DNA of 63,783 bases, filler included, from Octopus bimaculoides (Eukaryota), in NCBI RefSeq assembly GCF_001194135.2. It is 7 parts of 5 records of this genome, joined end to end, with 100 filler letters (N's around TTAATTAATTAA, not from the genome) between each part and the next. Parts side by side here need not be neighbours in the genome. Positions count along the whole stretch, not along the records: positions 49,072 to 55,689 come from NC_068982.1; positions 55,790 to 61,949 come from NC_068985.1; positions 62,050 to 63,783 come from NW_026379651.1; 4 more parts are not named here. One strand, written 5' to 3'. The position numbers and the translations under genes were made by a program. Below are positions 52,452 to 63,783 of the stretch, in pieces (position 1 is the first letter of the stretch; each line of letters begins with the position of its first letter). Below the pieces are notes generated by a model. That model made no database searches. It was not told the DNA's origin and saw only the letters and a program-made list of their open reading frames with translations.

Positions 52452-53357
52452 CTTACTTTCTTCTTTCTTTTTGTGTCTCTCCTTCCTAACGATGTATTCC
52501 TGCTGTATGTGTGTTTACTTGCGCATGCGTATATCCCTGTGTGTGTCTATGTTTAGTAAGTGTGTGTGGGAGAATGTGCATGGTATTTGCATTATCACTA
52601 TCTCTTGTTTATTTACGTTCATTTAACTTAATTTAATTTATTTTATTTATTTGTTTTTTCTACTTACTTTTTCATTTCTTCTTTTGTAATAATTTCATTG
52701 AGGAAGAGAAGATCTCATTGGTTCTAAACCAACACGCCGAGCGGAAACAACATAGCAGCTAAAATCTTGCCTACAGATAGAACGGACGCTACGCTTTGAC
52801 AACTTACTGAAGGTACACACATAATAGAAGATAAACCTGGCCGAAATGGAAAACTAGAATGTGACACTAGCACACACACCCATACACAACCACCTATGAC
52901 AGAATAAGATCCCCATAAACTGATAATAATATGAAACAATCGATAGATAAATACATGGAGTTATATAATTAAATACATAAACAAAATATTATAAATTAAA
53001 TTAAATTAATACAAAAAAAACATGTCAGTATACAACGCACGGTTTAGCAACTAACGTTTCTTTAATTGAGAGTGAAAATCTGAGAATGTAAGAAATGGAA
53101 AAAATAAATAAAGACTACAAATATTTCATAGTTAAAACAATGGTTGTTACATACGTCACAACATGCATAAAACCTGCTTAGCTAATCTTCAGGTCCTATT
53201 ACCTTCAAGTTGGTTTGTATTGTTGAGTAGACATGAGTAAATGGTACGCCAATTTATCTACTGCACAAATGTCAGTCTGAAAAACTTATCGAAATTAAAT
53301 GACCAATGAAATTATTTGTTAGTAAGTTTCCTAAAAGTGAGCTCTCATTTGATTGAA

Positions 53358-53438
<81 letters not shown>

Positions 53439-54768
53439 AGTTCGTTGACATTTTCTCGAACGCAGAATTGTTGTTAGAACAGCAGAAATACTGGGTAAAT
53501 TATTCTTACAAAGCGGAAAAATTGTATGCGTGTATTTCTACGAGTGTGAATTTGTTCCCATCACTCACCAGTTGACAACCGGTATAGAGATTGATATCTT
53601 CGTATATTAGCATTTCAAGACCGACCGTATAATTGCCAAACTCAAAATAAATATTGGGCTCAATTTATTCGGCTGAAATCAATTTAAGGTGGTATACTAG
53701 CAATGCTGCAGTGCAATGTTTTATAGAAATTTTTTTTTAAATAGACTGAAAGAAAGAAGAGAATGAATGTTTTACATCAAGGCAGAATATAAGCACTGAC
53801 TCCAGCTTAGACATACTGAAACATGTTTTTGCTAGAGGAACATTTCACTTCACATTAAAAAGAATTTCTGTATGCTGTCCGATAAATCGGTAAATTTTAA
53901 ATTGAATTCCCGCAAAATAAGCAATACCCAGACATAAAAAAATTCCGTCATAGAAAGAAGTATGAATATTATGCCTAGCAAAACGGGCCAAAGTAAGAAA
54001 TCTATATTAAAACAAATATTTATAGTTTACAATGAATGAGGCAGTATGCAACAAACATAATTGTGAGTGCTTGCAAAATATATACGTCTATTGTTTGTTT
54101 TTAGTACGGTTCAAATTGTAACATTAATAAATAAAACTCAATCTAATAATTAAAACGCTTATTAATGTACAGCTTACGCTCAAATAATACAGGACTTATT
54201 ATAAATCAGAACACATTTAAAAGAAACTATTCAGGAACAAAACGTTTGTAACAACCAACGAAGTAGAAGATATAAAGGTGTGTTTTTTTTTTGTGTACTT
54301 TCGCACACATCAGGGTTGCACCTGACGTTGTATATAGCACTGAAGGTGAGAGGATTATTCTTATTTAACTATGATTGCAGTGATTCCTGGATATCGTAAC
54401 GTCATCAGATAGGGTTGCGCAACATCAACCTGCACTACAAGCAATAATTTTAAATTAGAGTTAATATATTCACTTCACATGCAGAAGTAATTTGATACTT
54501 TTCAGCGCGTTTCGCTTTTACTGTGTAAAAATAGTCCTGGAGAACGAAATCAATGACAGGTTACAATACAGTTAGTGTAGCATATATTTACTTATTAAAC
54601 CTAAGTAAGTTGATTATTGTCTCACTAATTTTGGATACCTCAAAAGTAAACGCCACATTCCTGCTAATAATCAGTTTCCGACTTTAATAATTGCATGTGG
54701 TGTATAAGTGATTGTGTGTGTGTGAATACAAGTATGTACATATATATTACACACACCCAAACATATAA

Positions 54769-54808
<40 letters not shown>

Positions 54809-54826
54809 NNNNNNNNNNNNNNNNNN

Positions 54827-54889
<63 letters not shown>

Positions 54890-55361
54890 CATATGCGCCT
54901 TATACTAACTTGCTCTCCGTGCAAAGTCTAATGAGAAATCAAATGATATGCTTTAATACTGAAGATTGCCATATGCCTTCAGACAAGATAGCATGAGAGA
55001 AACTAGTTAAATTCTTTGTAAGATGAATAATATTCCATATATTGAAATCGCTGGAAACCACGCAACTTACTAATGAGACAAATACAGAAGCTTTATTTTT
55101 AAGAAATACTTCTTATGGAGCATTTTGTATATTGAACAATTTGAAGAAAAACCTCGAGTAAAATGTAATTTCATTGATTTTCGTATCAGGATTGCGCTGT
55201 GTAAACATTACAATGAAGAGGGTGTAAAAGTATTTGCAATAATCCAGGTTTATAACGTGATGAATTATCAACGACAACGACAAAGTATACCCTGGAATAT
55301 TATTTGGAAAACTAAAAGCAAAAATAAAATAGAAAAATAGAAAATGTGTTACTGATGATGG

Positions 55362-55392
<31 letters not shown>

Positions 55393-56204
55393 AACAACAA
55401 TAATAATAATAATAAAACAATATCAATAATACAGTGAGTGAAAATCTTATAACTCTTATAATTGTGGTTAGACACCAAGCAAAATGAGTGCTCATCGTTC
55501 AAATTAAACTGTCGTAAGTTGTGATGAAAGCGAGAACACTCTGTCACATAATGATAGCAATAGTTCATGCTAAACATCAGCAATCGTTAAGGTGCCCACT
55601 GTAAAATGAATGAGTTGCCTATTTGAATAAATGTATATTAAAGTGCATGTGAGATTCTGTAATCTTTTGTTGATAAGATCCGCTTGACANNNNNNNNNNN
55701 NNNNNNNNNNNNNNNNNNNNNNNNNNNNNNNNNTTAATTAATTAANNNNNNNNNNNNNNNNNNNNNNNNNNNNNNNNNNNNNNNNNNNNAAGATAGCAGT
55801 TTTGAAACCCGTACAGGGTAATATGTTGTGTCCTTGAGCAAATCACTTCACTTCACCCTGGTCTGCGATGTACTACATGTATGATATTGTGCATACCGTG
55901 TACTTGTTACAGTCATCGGCTAATTCACAGCAGAAGCATTTGATTACTATAAACAATTCATTTGTGGATGTTGTTCAGAAAAAATTGCGAGTCAGTTGTT
56001 TAGGACTCAGATTTCACCAACATGTATGTGTGTGTCTGTGTGTGTATGTGTATGTATGTGTGTTTGTGTATGTGTGTGTGTGCGTGTATGTATCTGCATG
56101 TGTGTATGTGTGTGTGCGCGCGCGTTTGTATGTGTCAATGTTTGTACCTATATGATATATATATATATGCGACGTATGTGTGTATCAACGTATTTATGTT
56201 TGTA

Positions 56205-56312
56205 CGTATGTTGATAAGTATGTGTTTGATACGTATGTGTTTGATACGTATGTGTTTGATACGTATGTGTTTGATACGTATGTGTTTGATGCGTATGTGT
56301 TTGATACGTATG
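56205..56312. repeat. 15-bp tandem repeat (tatgtgtttgatacg)n
   Basis: About 6 near-perfect copies. Confidence 0.9.
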
Positions 56313-56772
56313 TTTTCGCTTTCTTTCAAGTTTGTTTAATTGCTTTTCAGAAACCAATCGGTTATATACAAGCAATAAAGCTTCGACGTTTGCTTTGCGT
56401 GAATTCTTGAGATTTGCAAGTATACGAATGATTAAATGTTTGTGTTTATATGTATGCATGTGTGGACATATCTGAAGTCTTGTGATAGGCGTACTTGATA
56501 CTTCTATAGATAACTTTACGTAATTAATTGTCATTTACACATGTATACCAACGCATATATGTGAATGTGAGTTATTACATAGCCTGGTGTGTACTATGAT
56601 AATTGATAAAATGGGAATCCTCAAGCATCATGCATGAGCTATATGACCCGCATTCTCCCACAATATTTATTCTTTACAACTTTCGACAAAGTATTCACAT
56701 TCGTCGTGCAACAATACGTCGCTCATTGTTAATAGACAGAAAACAAAGTGACTCCGGGTACGNNNNNNNNNN

Positions 56773-56817
<45 letters not shown>

Positions 56818-57374
56818 GAATGCGTGTTGCATAGTGGTTTTGGCCTTGATCTCACGATTGCAAGATAGCAGTTTTGAAACCCGTACAGGGTAATATGTTG
56901 TGTCCTTGAGCAAATCACTTCACTTCACCTTGGTCTGCGATGTACTACATGTATGATATTGTGCATACCGTGTACTTGTTACAGTCATCGGCTAATTCAC
57001 AGCAGAAGCATTTGATTACTATAAACAATTCATTTGTGGATGTTGTTCAGAAAAAATTGCGAGTCAGTTGTTTAGGACTCAGATNNNNNNNNNNNNNNNN
57101 NNNNNNNNNNNNNNNNNNNNNNNNNNNNNNNNNNNNNNNNNNNNNNNNNNNNNNNNNNNNNNNNNNNNNNNNNNNNNNNNNNNNNNNNNNNNNNNTCTGA
57201 GATATGCTGAGTCAAAAAGACAGGAAGATTAGAATAAATCTACTGGGTCTTGCTGTCAAGAAGAATCAGAAATGTCACCTGAGTGATGTATCCGACTCAA
57301 AAGACAATGATTTATCTCTAAAAAAAAAAGCAAAATCAATCCAAATATAGAAGGAGAGATAAGCAAGACATCAA

Positions 57375-57580
57375 TTTCAAATTTTGACATTGGGCTAGCA
57401 ATTTCGTGGAGGGTATGAGTCGATCACATTGAACCCTAGTGCTCAAATTGTACTTATTTTATCGAAAGGATAAAAAGCAATGGCGACTTCAGGGGAATTT
57501 CTACTCAGAACGTTAAGACGGACGAAACATCGCTAAGTATTTTGCGCGGCGTGCTAACTATTCTATCAGCTCGCTGCCTT
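57375..57580 (-). mobile_element. SINE family C, minus strand
   Basis: Reverse complement of the family C head and body. Confidence 0.75.
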
Positions 57581-58211
57581 AGACAACATAAATATTGAGA
57601 TGGAAAATAATAGCAAGGTCTAAAAACAAAAAATAAGTATCTTGAAAATGATTAAAGAGAAACAAACAGATACACAACCAAACTGTCAGGACTTATAGCC
57701 GTGGCTGAATGGCAAGAAGTTTGGTTCCCAACCAAATGGTTCCAGGTTTAGGCCCACTGCATGGCATCTCGGACAAGTGTCTTCTACTACAGCTTCGGGT
57801 CGACAAGGCCTTGTGCTTGGATTTAGTAGACAGAAACTGAAAAAAGTCCATCATATATATATATATATATATTATTTTGCTTAAAAGAGTTCCAACACTG
57901 TCTGTTTTNNNNNNNNNNAGGGCTATTTCCCTTCGTCATGGCCGGTATGACAGATTTTACACACTGAGCTCATATGTTGCAGAATCTTTTCAATAAAGGA
58001 AATATAGGAAACATACTGTATAACTCCTAAGGTACACAAAGGTGCATCCGACTTACTGGTATTTTGCATTCAACATGACTACGGATGCCGTTCTTGTTGT
58101 GATTATGATGGTGTCGGAAGAAGTGGTTGTCCTTCTTTCCTCCTGAAACATAACGATAATAACAGCAACAACAACAACAACAGCAACAGCAACAACAACA
58201 AGAATGATAAT

Positions 58212-58435
58212 ACTAATAATCCTTTCTACTGAAGGTAAAAGGCCTAAAATTTGGACTGCGGTACGACTAGTCGATTACATTGACCCCAATATTTCACTGG
58301 TACTCTATTTATCGACACTGAAAGGGTGAAAGGCAAAGCTAACCGCGGGAGAATTTGAACTCAGAACCTGAAGACGGGCGAAATGTCTCTCAGCATTTTT
58401 CCCGTCGTCCTAATGATTCTGCTAGCTCACTGCCA
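58212..58435 (-). mobile_element. SINE family C embedded in (AAT)n
   Basis: Flanked by aataat on the left and about 30 AAT units on the right. Confidence 0.85.
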
Positions 58436-58443
58436 TAATAATG

Positions 58444-58504
<61 letters not shown>

Positions 58505-59511
58505 TAATAATAATAATAATAATAATAATATAGAAAGGATTGAGGTAACTCCTCCTGNNNNNNNNNNNNNNNNNNNNNNNNNNNNNNNNNNNNNNNNNNN
58601 NNNNNNNNNNNNNNNNNNNNNNNNNNNNNNNNNNNNNNNNNNNNNNNNNNNNNNNNNNNNNNNNNNNNNNNNNNNNNNNNNNNNNNNNNNNNNNNNNNNN
58701 NNNNNNNNNNNNNNNNNNNNNNNNNNNNNNNNNNNNNNNNNNNNNNNNNNNNNNNNNNNNNNNNNNNNNNNNNNNNNNNNNNNNNNNNNNNNNNNNNNNN
58801 NNNNNNNNNNNNNNNNNNNNNNNNNNNNNNNNNNNNNNNNNNNNNNNNNNNNNNNNNNNNNNNNNNNNNNNNNNNNNNNNNNNNNNNNNNNNNNNNNNNN
58901 NNNNNNNNNNNNNNNNNNNNNNNNNNNNNNNNNNNNNNNNNNNNNNNNNNNNNNNNNNNNNNNNNNNNNNNNNNNNNNNNNNNNNNNNNNNNNNNNNNNN
59001 NNNNNNNNNNNNNNNNNNNNNNNNNNNNNNNNNNNNNNNNNNNNNNNNNNNNNNNNNNNNNNNNNNNNNNNNNNNNNNNNNNNNNNNNNNNNNNNNNNNN
59101 NNNNNNNNNNNNNNNNNNNNNNNNNNNNNNNNNNNNNNNNNNNNNNNNNNNNNNNNNNNNNNNNNNNNNNNNNNNNNNNNNNNNNNNNNNNNNNNNNNNN
59201 NNNNNNNNNNNNNNNNNNNNNNNNNNNNNNNNNNNNNNNNNNNNNNNNNNNNNNNNNNNNNNNNNNNNNNNNNNNNNNNNNNNNNNNNNNNNNNNNNNNN
59301 NNNNNNNNNNNNNNNNNNNNNNNNNNNNNNNNNNNNNNNNNNNNNNNNNNNNNNNNNNNNNNNNNNNNNNNNNNNNNNNNNNNNNNNNNNNNNNNNNNNN
59401 NNNNNNNNNNNNNNNNNNNNNNNNNNNNNNNNNNNNNNNNNNNNNNNNNNNNNNNNNNNNNNNNNNNNNNNNNNNNNNNNNNNNNNNNNNNNNNNNNNNN
59501 NNNNNNNNNNN

Positions 59512-59587
<76 letters not shown>

Positions 59588-59629
59588 TAATGATAATAAT
59601 AGTAGTAGTAAGTAGTAGTAGTAGTAGTA

Positions 59630-59723
<94 letters not shown>

Positions 59724-59790
59724 GAAGAAGAAGAAGAAGAAGAAGAAGAACAACAACAACAACACCCACAACAATAATATTAATAATATA
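59512..59790. repeat. Compound trinucleotide microsatellite (TAC)(TAA)(TAG)(TAA)(GAA)(CAA)
   Basis: Directly visible. Confidence 0.95.
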
Positions 59791-59799
59791 GTTGCTAGT

Positions 59800-61865
59800 T
59801 GTATATTATAATACAGTTAGCAAGTATAGACCAATCACTTGCTTACCATTAGTGTGGAAGCTGTTAACAGGAATGCTTTAAGAAAGCATTTGCGAGCACC
59901 TTGACAACTAGAATTTACTGCCAGAAGAACAGAAAGGTTACAGGAGAAAGGCTATAGGAACGCATGATCTATACATAGACAAAGCAGTTCTAAATGAAGA
60001 AAAAGCTAGAAAAGGAAAATCTAACAATAGCATGGATATATTATACGAAAGACTATGACATGATCCCCCACTCATAGATAAGTGAATGTTTGAGTATATT
60101 CAGTATAGCAGACAACATAAGAGAATTAATTAGCTGCAGCATGAAGAAATGGAAAGTAGATCTCTATTCAGGTGACACATTCTTAGGGAATGCTAATATG
60201 AAAAAAGGAATTTTCCAGGGGGTCTCGTTGTCTGTTTTAATATTTGTCTTATGTTTGATACCCCTCAGTTTAGTATTAAGGAAGGTAAAGGCAGAGTATA
60301 ATTTCTGAAATTGTAAGGGAAAAATTAACCATTTGCTTTTAAAGTAAGAATGAAAAAGAGATAGATTCCTTAATACAGACTGTAAGACTCTTCAGCAAAG
60401 ACATAGGCAAGGAATTTGGTATTGATAAGTGTGCAGTATTAGTCATGAGAAGGGCACAGGTAGTCAACAGCGAAGGCATGCAATTACTAGATGGCCAGAC
60501 GTTAAAATCATTAAAAGGAGAAGATAGTTTTAAGTATTTAGGAGTATTAGAATCTGACAGGGTATTAACTACAGAAATGAAGACGAAATTTGACAAGGAG
60601 TACATCACAAGTGTAAGAAAGCTAATGAAGTCAATGTTAAATGGTCCGAATCTAGTGAATGCTGTAAATACTTGGGAAGTATCGTTACTTAGATACACAG
60701 CAGCTTTTGTAGATTCGGCAAAAACTGAATTAGCGATGCTAGACAGAAGAACTAGGAAGGAATTCAATATGAATGGAGCACTCCGCCCAAGGGCAGGAGT
60801 AGCAAGATTATACCTACCTAGAATGGATGACAGAAGGGGGTTAATATCAGTAGAAGATTGCGGGGAAGTAGCTGGAGTAAATATAGACTTCTATGTAGGT
60901 AATAATAAGACAGTTTATTAAAATCTACTAGAGTCACAGGAAGATATAGGGAGACCAAAAACCGAAACGAATTTAAAAACCAGCAAAAAGAACAGCAATT
61001 ATCTGACTGGCTTTGCATGGTAGATTCCCAAAAATAGTTGCAGCAAATAGTAGTAGTGAGACATTGTTATGGTTGCAGAAAGGAAAGCTGAAGAGTGAGA
61101 CAGAAAGTTTGTTAGTAGCTGCACAAGATCAAGCATTAAGGACTAATTAGATAAAAGCCAAGACAGTCAAAAACCAAGTACATTCTCAATGTAGATTATG
61201 AAAATCAAAAGAGGAAAGCGTTACTCATATAGTAAGTGAATGTAGCATGCTGGCGTAGAAAGAATACAAGAAAAGATATGACAATCTAGGGAAAGCAATC
61301 CACAGGGATCTATGTAGAAAACTAGGATTTGAACATACTGATAAATGGTATGAACATGAACTTAATAAAGTACTAGAAAGTAAGAAATATAAGATATTGT
61401 AGGACTTCAACATTCAGACTGTCAGAGTAATAGAAGCTAGAAAGCCTGATTTGGTAGTAGGAGATAAAAAGAATAGGAAGTGCAGATAATTGACTTTACA
61501 GTCCCAAATAATGAAAACATTAATATGCCAAGTATAGAAAAAATAGCAAAGTACCAGATTCTAGCTATTGAACTACAGAGACTATGGAAAGTGCGGGTAA
61601 AATGTACCCCAGTAGTTATAAGTCCATTGGAATCTATCCCTAAAAATTTGAACAGATGGATAGAGGAAATAGGCATAAAACCCAGTTTAGTACTGCTCCA
61701 GAAAATAGTGTTATTAGGGACAGCGACGATACTTAGGAGGGTTCTTGGTATATAAGGTTACTTATTGTCGCCCGATAGGAGGATTCTTGGCATCTAAGGT
61801 TACTTGTTGTAGCACGAGGTTAGGATTGTTTCTTTTCCAACAATCTAATCCGTTGAGTGTCTATG
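59800..61865 (+). mobile_element. 5'-truncated, decayed R4/Dong-clade non-LTR retrotransposon (RT plus restriction-like endonuclease)
   Basis: RT motifs KYRPITCLPLVWKLLTG, LLPEEQKG, KGIFQGVSLS, FGIDKCA, FKYLG, GVARLYLPR..RGLISVED; CCHC knuckle CRL*...ESVTHIVSEC (about 61190-61250); RYDN; RKPDLVV (61439-61459); IIDFTVP; EKIAKY; LQKIVLLGTATILRRVL*. Ends in a long (TAA)n tract. Confidence 0.93.

Positions 61866-61949
<84 letters not shown>
61863..61949. repeat. (TAA)n tract at the 3' end of the R4/Dong element
   Basis: Perfect run into the gap. Confidence 0.95.
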
Positions 61950-62237
61950 NNNNNNNNNNNNNNNNNNNNNNNNNNNNNNNNNNNNNNNNNNNNTTAATTA
62001 ATTAANNNNNNNNNNNNNNNNNNNNNNNNNNNNNNNNNNNNNNNNNNNNTCACAGTTGTACTTATCGTCACCATCATCTTCATCAGAATCCCCATCAGCA
62101 ATACCATCTTCATATTCCTTTCTTCCTCATCCTCCTAATTAATCTCCATATTCCCCTCACTTTTATCACTCAATATTGAAGGTTGTATCACGAAACTATT
62201 CCATTTCATTTCTAATCTTCTCCAATATATTATGCAG

Positions 62238-62309
62238 ATATCTTTCCTCCAATCAAATTCAAGACATCAAAGATGGATCGTTTGCAAATCTCTCCAATTT
62301 GACATATTT
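62238..62309 (+). CDS. Internal coding exon (72 bp, phase 2/2) encoding one 24-aa typical-class leucine-rich repeat
   Basis: Branch-point-like CTAAT (62212-16), pyrimidine-rich run, ttatgcAG acceptor, exactly 72 bp translating xYLSSNQIQDIKDGSFANLSNLTY(L/F), matching LxLxxNxIxxIxxxxFxxLxxL, and a GTAAGT donor. Confidence 0.9.
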
Positions 62310-62689
62310 GTAAGTTGTCTCTGTTTTCTTCAGACTCTTTTACTCAAGATATAATTCTCAATGTTTAATATTAAATCATTTACCGATTTGTCTCATTCTC
62401 ACTCTTTAAACACATAATCCATTCTTCTTTTCTGGTATTCATTATTTTTTGGTTATTTTCTTCTTCACATACTCGTTGTCGTCGTCCTGAAACTCCTCCG
62501 CCGCGCCTTCACCACACGCCCCTATTTTACTCTACTCCCCCATTCTCCTCCTCATCCGCCTCGTCATTTTTATCCAGTCTTCCTCCCGCTTCAGTTCCAT
62601 TCTCGCGTCCTTATTGTTTCACAGTTTGTTGTTGTTGTTGTTCTTCATTATCATCACCATCAACATCAACTTGATTTTTTCTTCTCTTC

Positions 62690-62892
62690 TTTTTCCGTTT
62701 CTTCTTCTTCTTCTTCTTCTTCTTCTTCTTCTTCTCCTTCTTCTTCTTCTTCGTCTTCTTCTTCTTCTTCTTCTTCTTCTTCTTCTTCTTCTTCTTCTTC
62801 TTCTTCTTCTTCTTCTTCTTCTCCTTCTTCTTCTTCTTCGTCTTCTTCTTCTTTTTCTTCTTCGTCTTCTTCTTCTTCTTCTTCTTCTTCTT

Positions 62893-62923
<31 letters not shown>

Positions 62924-63490
62924 TTGTACGTGATCATCTACTTATACTTCTATTCCCTTTCGTCTTCTTTATATTATTTTCTCTTTCATCCTTTTTCATT
63001 CTTTTTCTTCTTCTTGATAATATACTCTTTCTCCTCATATCGCTTCTTCATTTTCTTCCCATCCGTCTTCTTCTTTCTGCATTTCTTCATTTTTCTTCTT
63101 ATTCTGCTTTTTCTTTATCTGCTTCTTTTTTCTCTTTTTTCCTCTTCCCCTTTTTTTTCTTTTTCTAATTCTTCTTCCTCTTCTCTTTCGTCTTAATATT
63201 CTCCTCCTCTTCCTTCTTGGTCTTCTTATTCTTCGCTTTCTTCGTCTTCTTCTTGTTCTTCTTCGCCTTCGTCTTCTTCGTCTTCTTCGTCTGCTTCTTC
63301 GTCTTCTTTTTCTGCTTCTTCTTTTCTCTTTCTTCCTCTTCCTCTTTTATCTCCATTTTGTACTTCTTTTTCTCATCCTTATCCTTTTTCTTCTTATTTT
63401 CCTCCTACTCCATCTTGTACTTCTTCGCTCTCTTCTTCATCTTCATCTTCCTCTTGTTTTTGTACTCCTTCTTCTTCTTCTTCTTCTTCT

Positions 63491-63537
<47 letters not shown>

Positions 63538-63545
63538 TTCTTCTC
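62690..63545. repeat. Intronic (CTT)n and CT-rich polypyrimidine tracts
   Basis: Long (CTT)n runs at about 62695-62921 and 63465-63543. Confidence 0.95.
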
Positions 63546-63783
63546 ATGTTCGTCGTAATGACCATCATCATCATAAACATTGGCATCATCACGATCATCA
63601 TCATGATCCTCCTCCTCCTCTTCCTCCTCCTCATCATCACCATCATCTTCATCAGAATCCCCATCAGCTGTACCATCTTCCTATTCCTTTCTTCCTCATC
63701 CTCCTATTTATTCTCCACATTCATCTCACTTTTATCACTCAATATTGAATATTGTATCACGAAACTATTCCATATTATTTCTA

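Larger units (their letters stand above)
62068..63783 (+). repeat. 1,569-bp-period tandem duplication unit containing the LRR exon
   Basis: 62068-62214 aligns ungapped to 63637-63783 with 12 mismatches in 147 bp (manual count). Confidence 0.85.

Noticed and set aside
54295-54415. CTGATG...GAAA-like motifs on the minus strand
   Set aside because: There is no adequate stem II or stem I pairing, so it is not a credible hammerhead.
55790-57084. Near-identical 221-bp duplication (55790-56010 and 56864-57084)
   Set aside because: Only one mismatch was seen and both copies end at gaps, so contig overlap, mis-ordering or a haplotype artefact is more likely than a real duplication.

Overview
AT-rich, gap-riddled eukaryotic DNA. 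The repeat landscape (tRNA-derived SINEs with internal TA/CA microsatellites, RTE LINE 3' ends with (GAT)n tails) looks like an Octopus genome. That assignment rests on my recollection of these repeat families, not on a search. Most of the window is mobile elements and simple repeats: several SINE families; RTE, CR1 and R4/Dong LINE remnants; mariner, hAT and piggyBac-like MITEs; mini- and microsatellites. No long host ORF exists; the long ORFs in the supplied track are microsatellite or N-gap artefacts. The one well-supported host coding feature is a 72-bp, phase-2/phase-2 exon at 62238-62309 (+) encoding one 24-residue leucine-rich repeat (xYLSSNQIQDIKDGSFANLSNLTYL). Its upstream flank recurs 1,569 bp later at about 92% identity and is cut off by the window end just before the point where the next exon would start. 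This suggests an LRR gene built from tandem exon+intron cassettes, and it is the best candidate for an undescribed system here. Other notable observations are a Dong-type retroelement in a TAA tract, head-to-tail SINE arrays in (TAA)n, a three-level nested insertion, a hammerhead-like fold, and a shift from CpG-depleted to CpG-rich DNA around 39-44 kb. Six 100-bp N/TTAATTAATTAA/N spacers are assembly joins, so contiguity across them is not guaranteed. All counts were done by eye.
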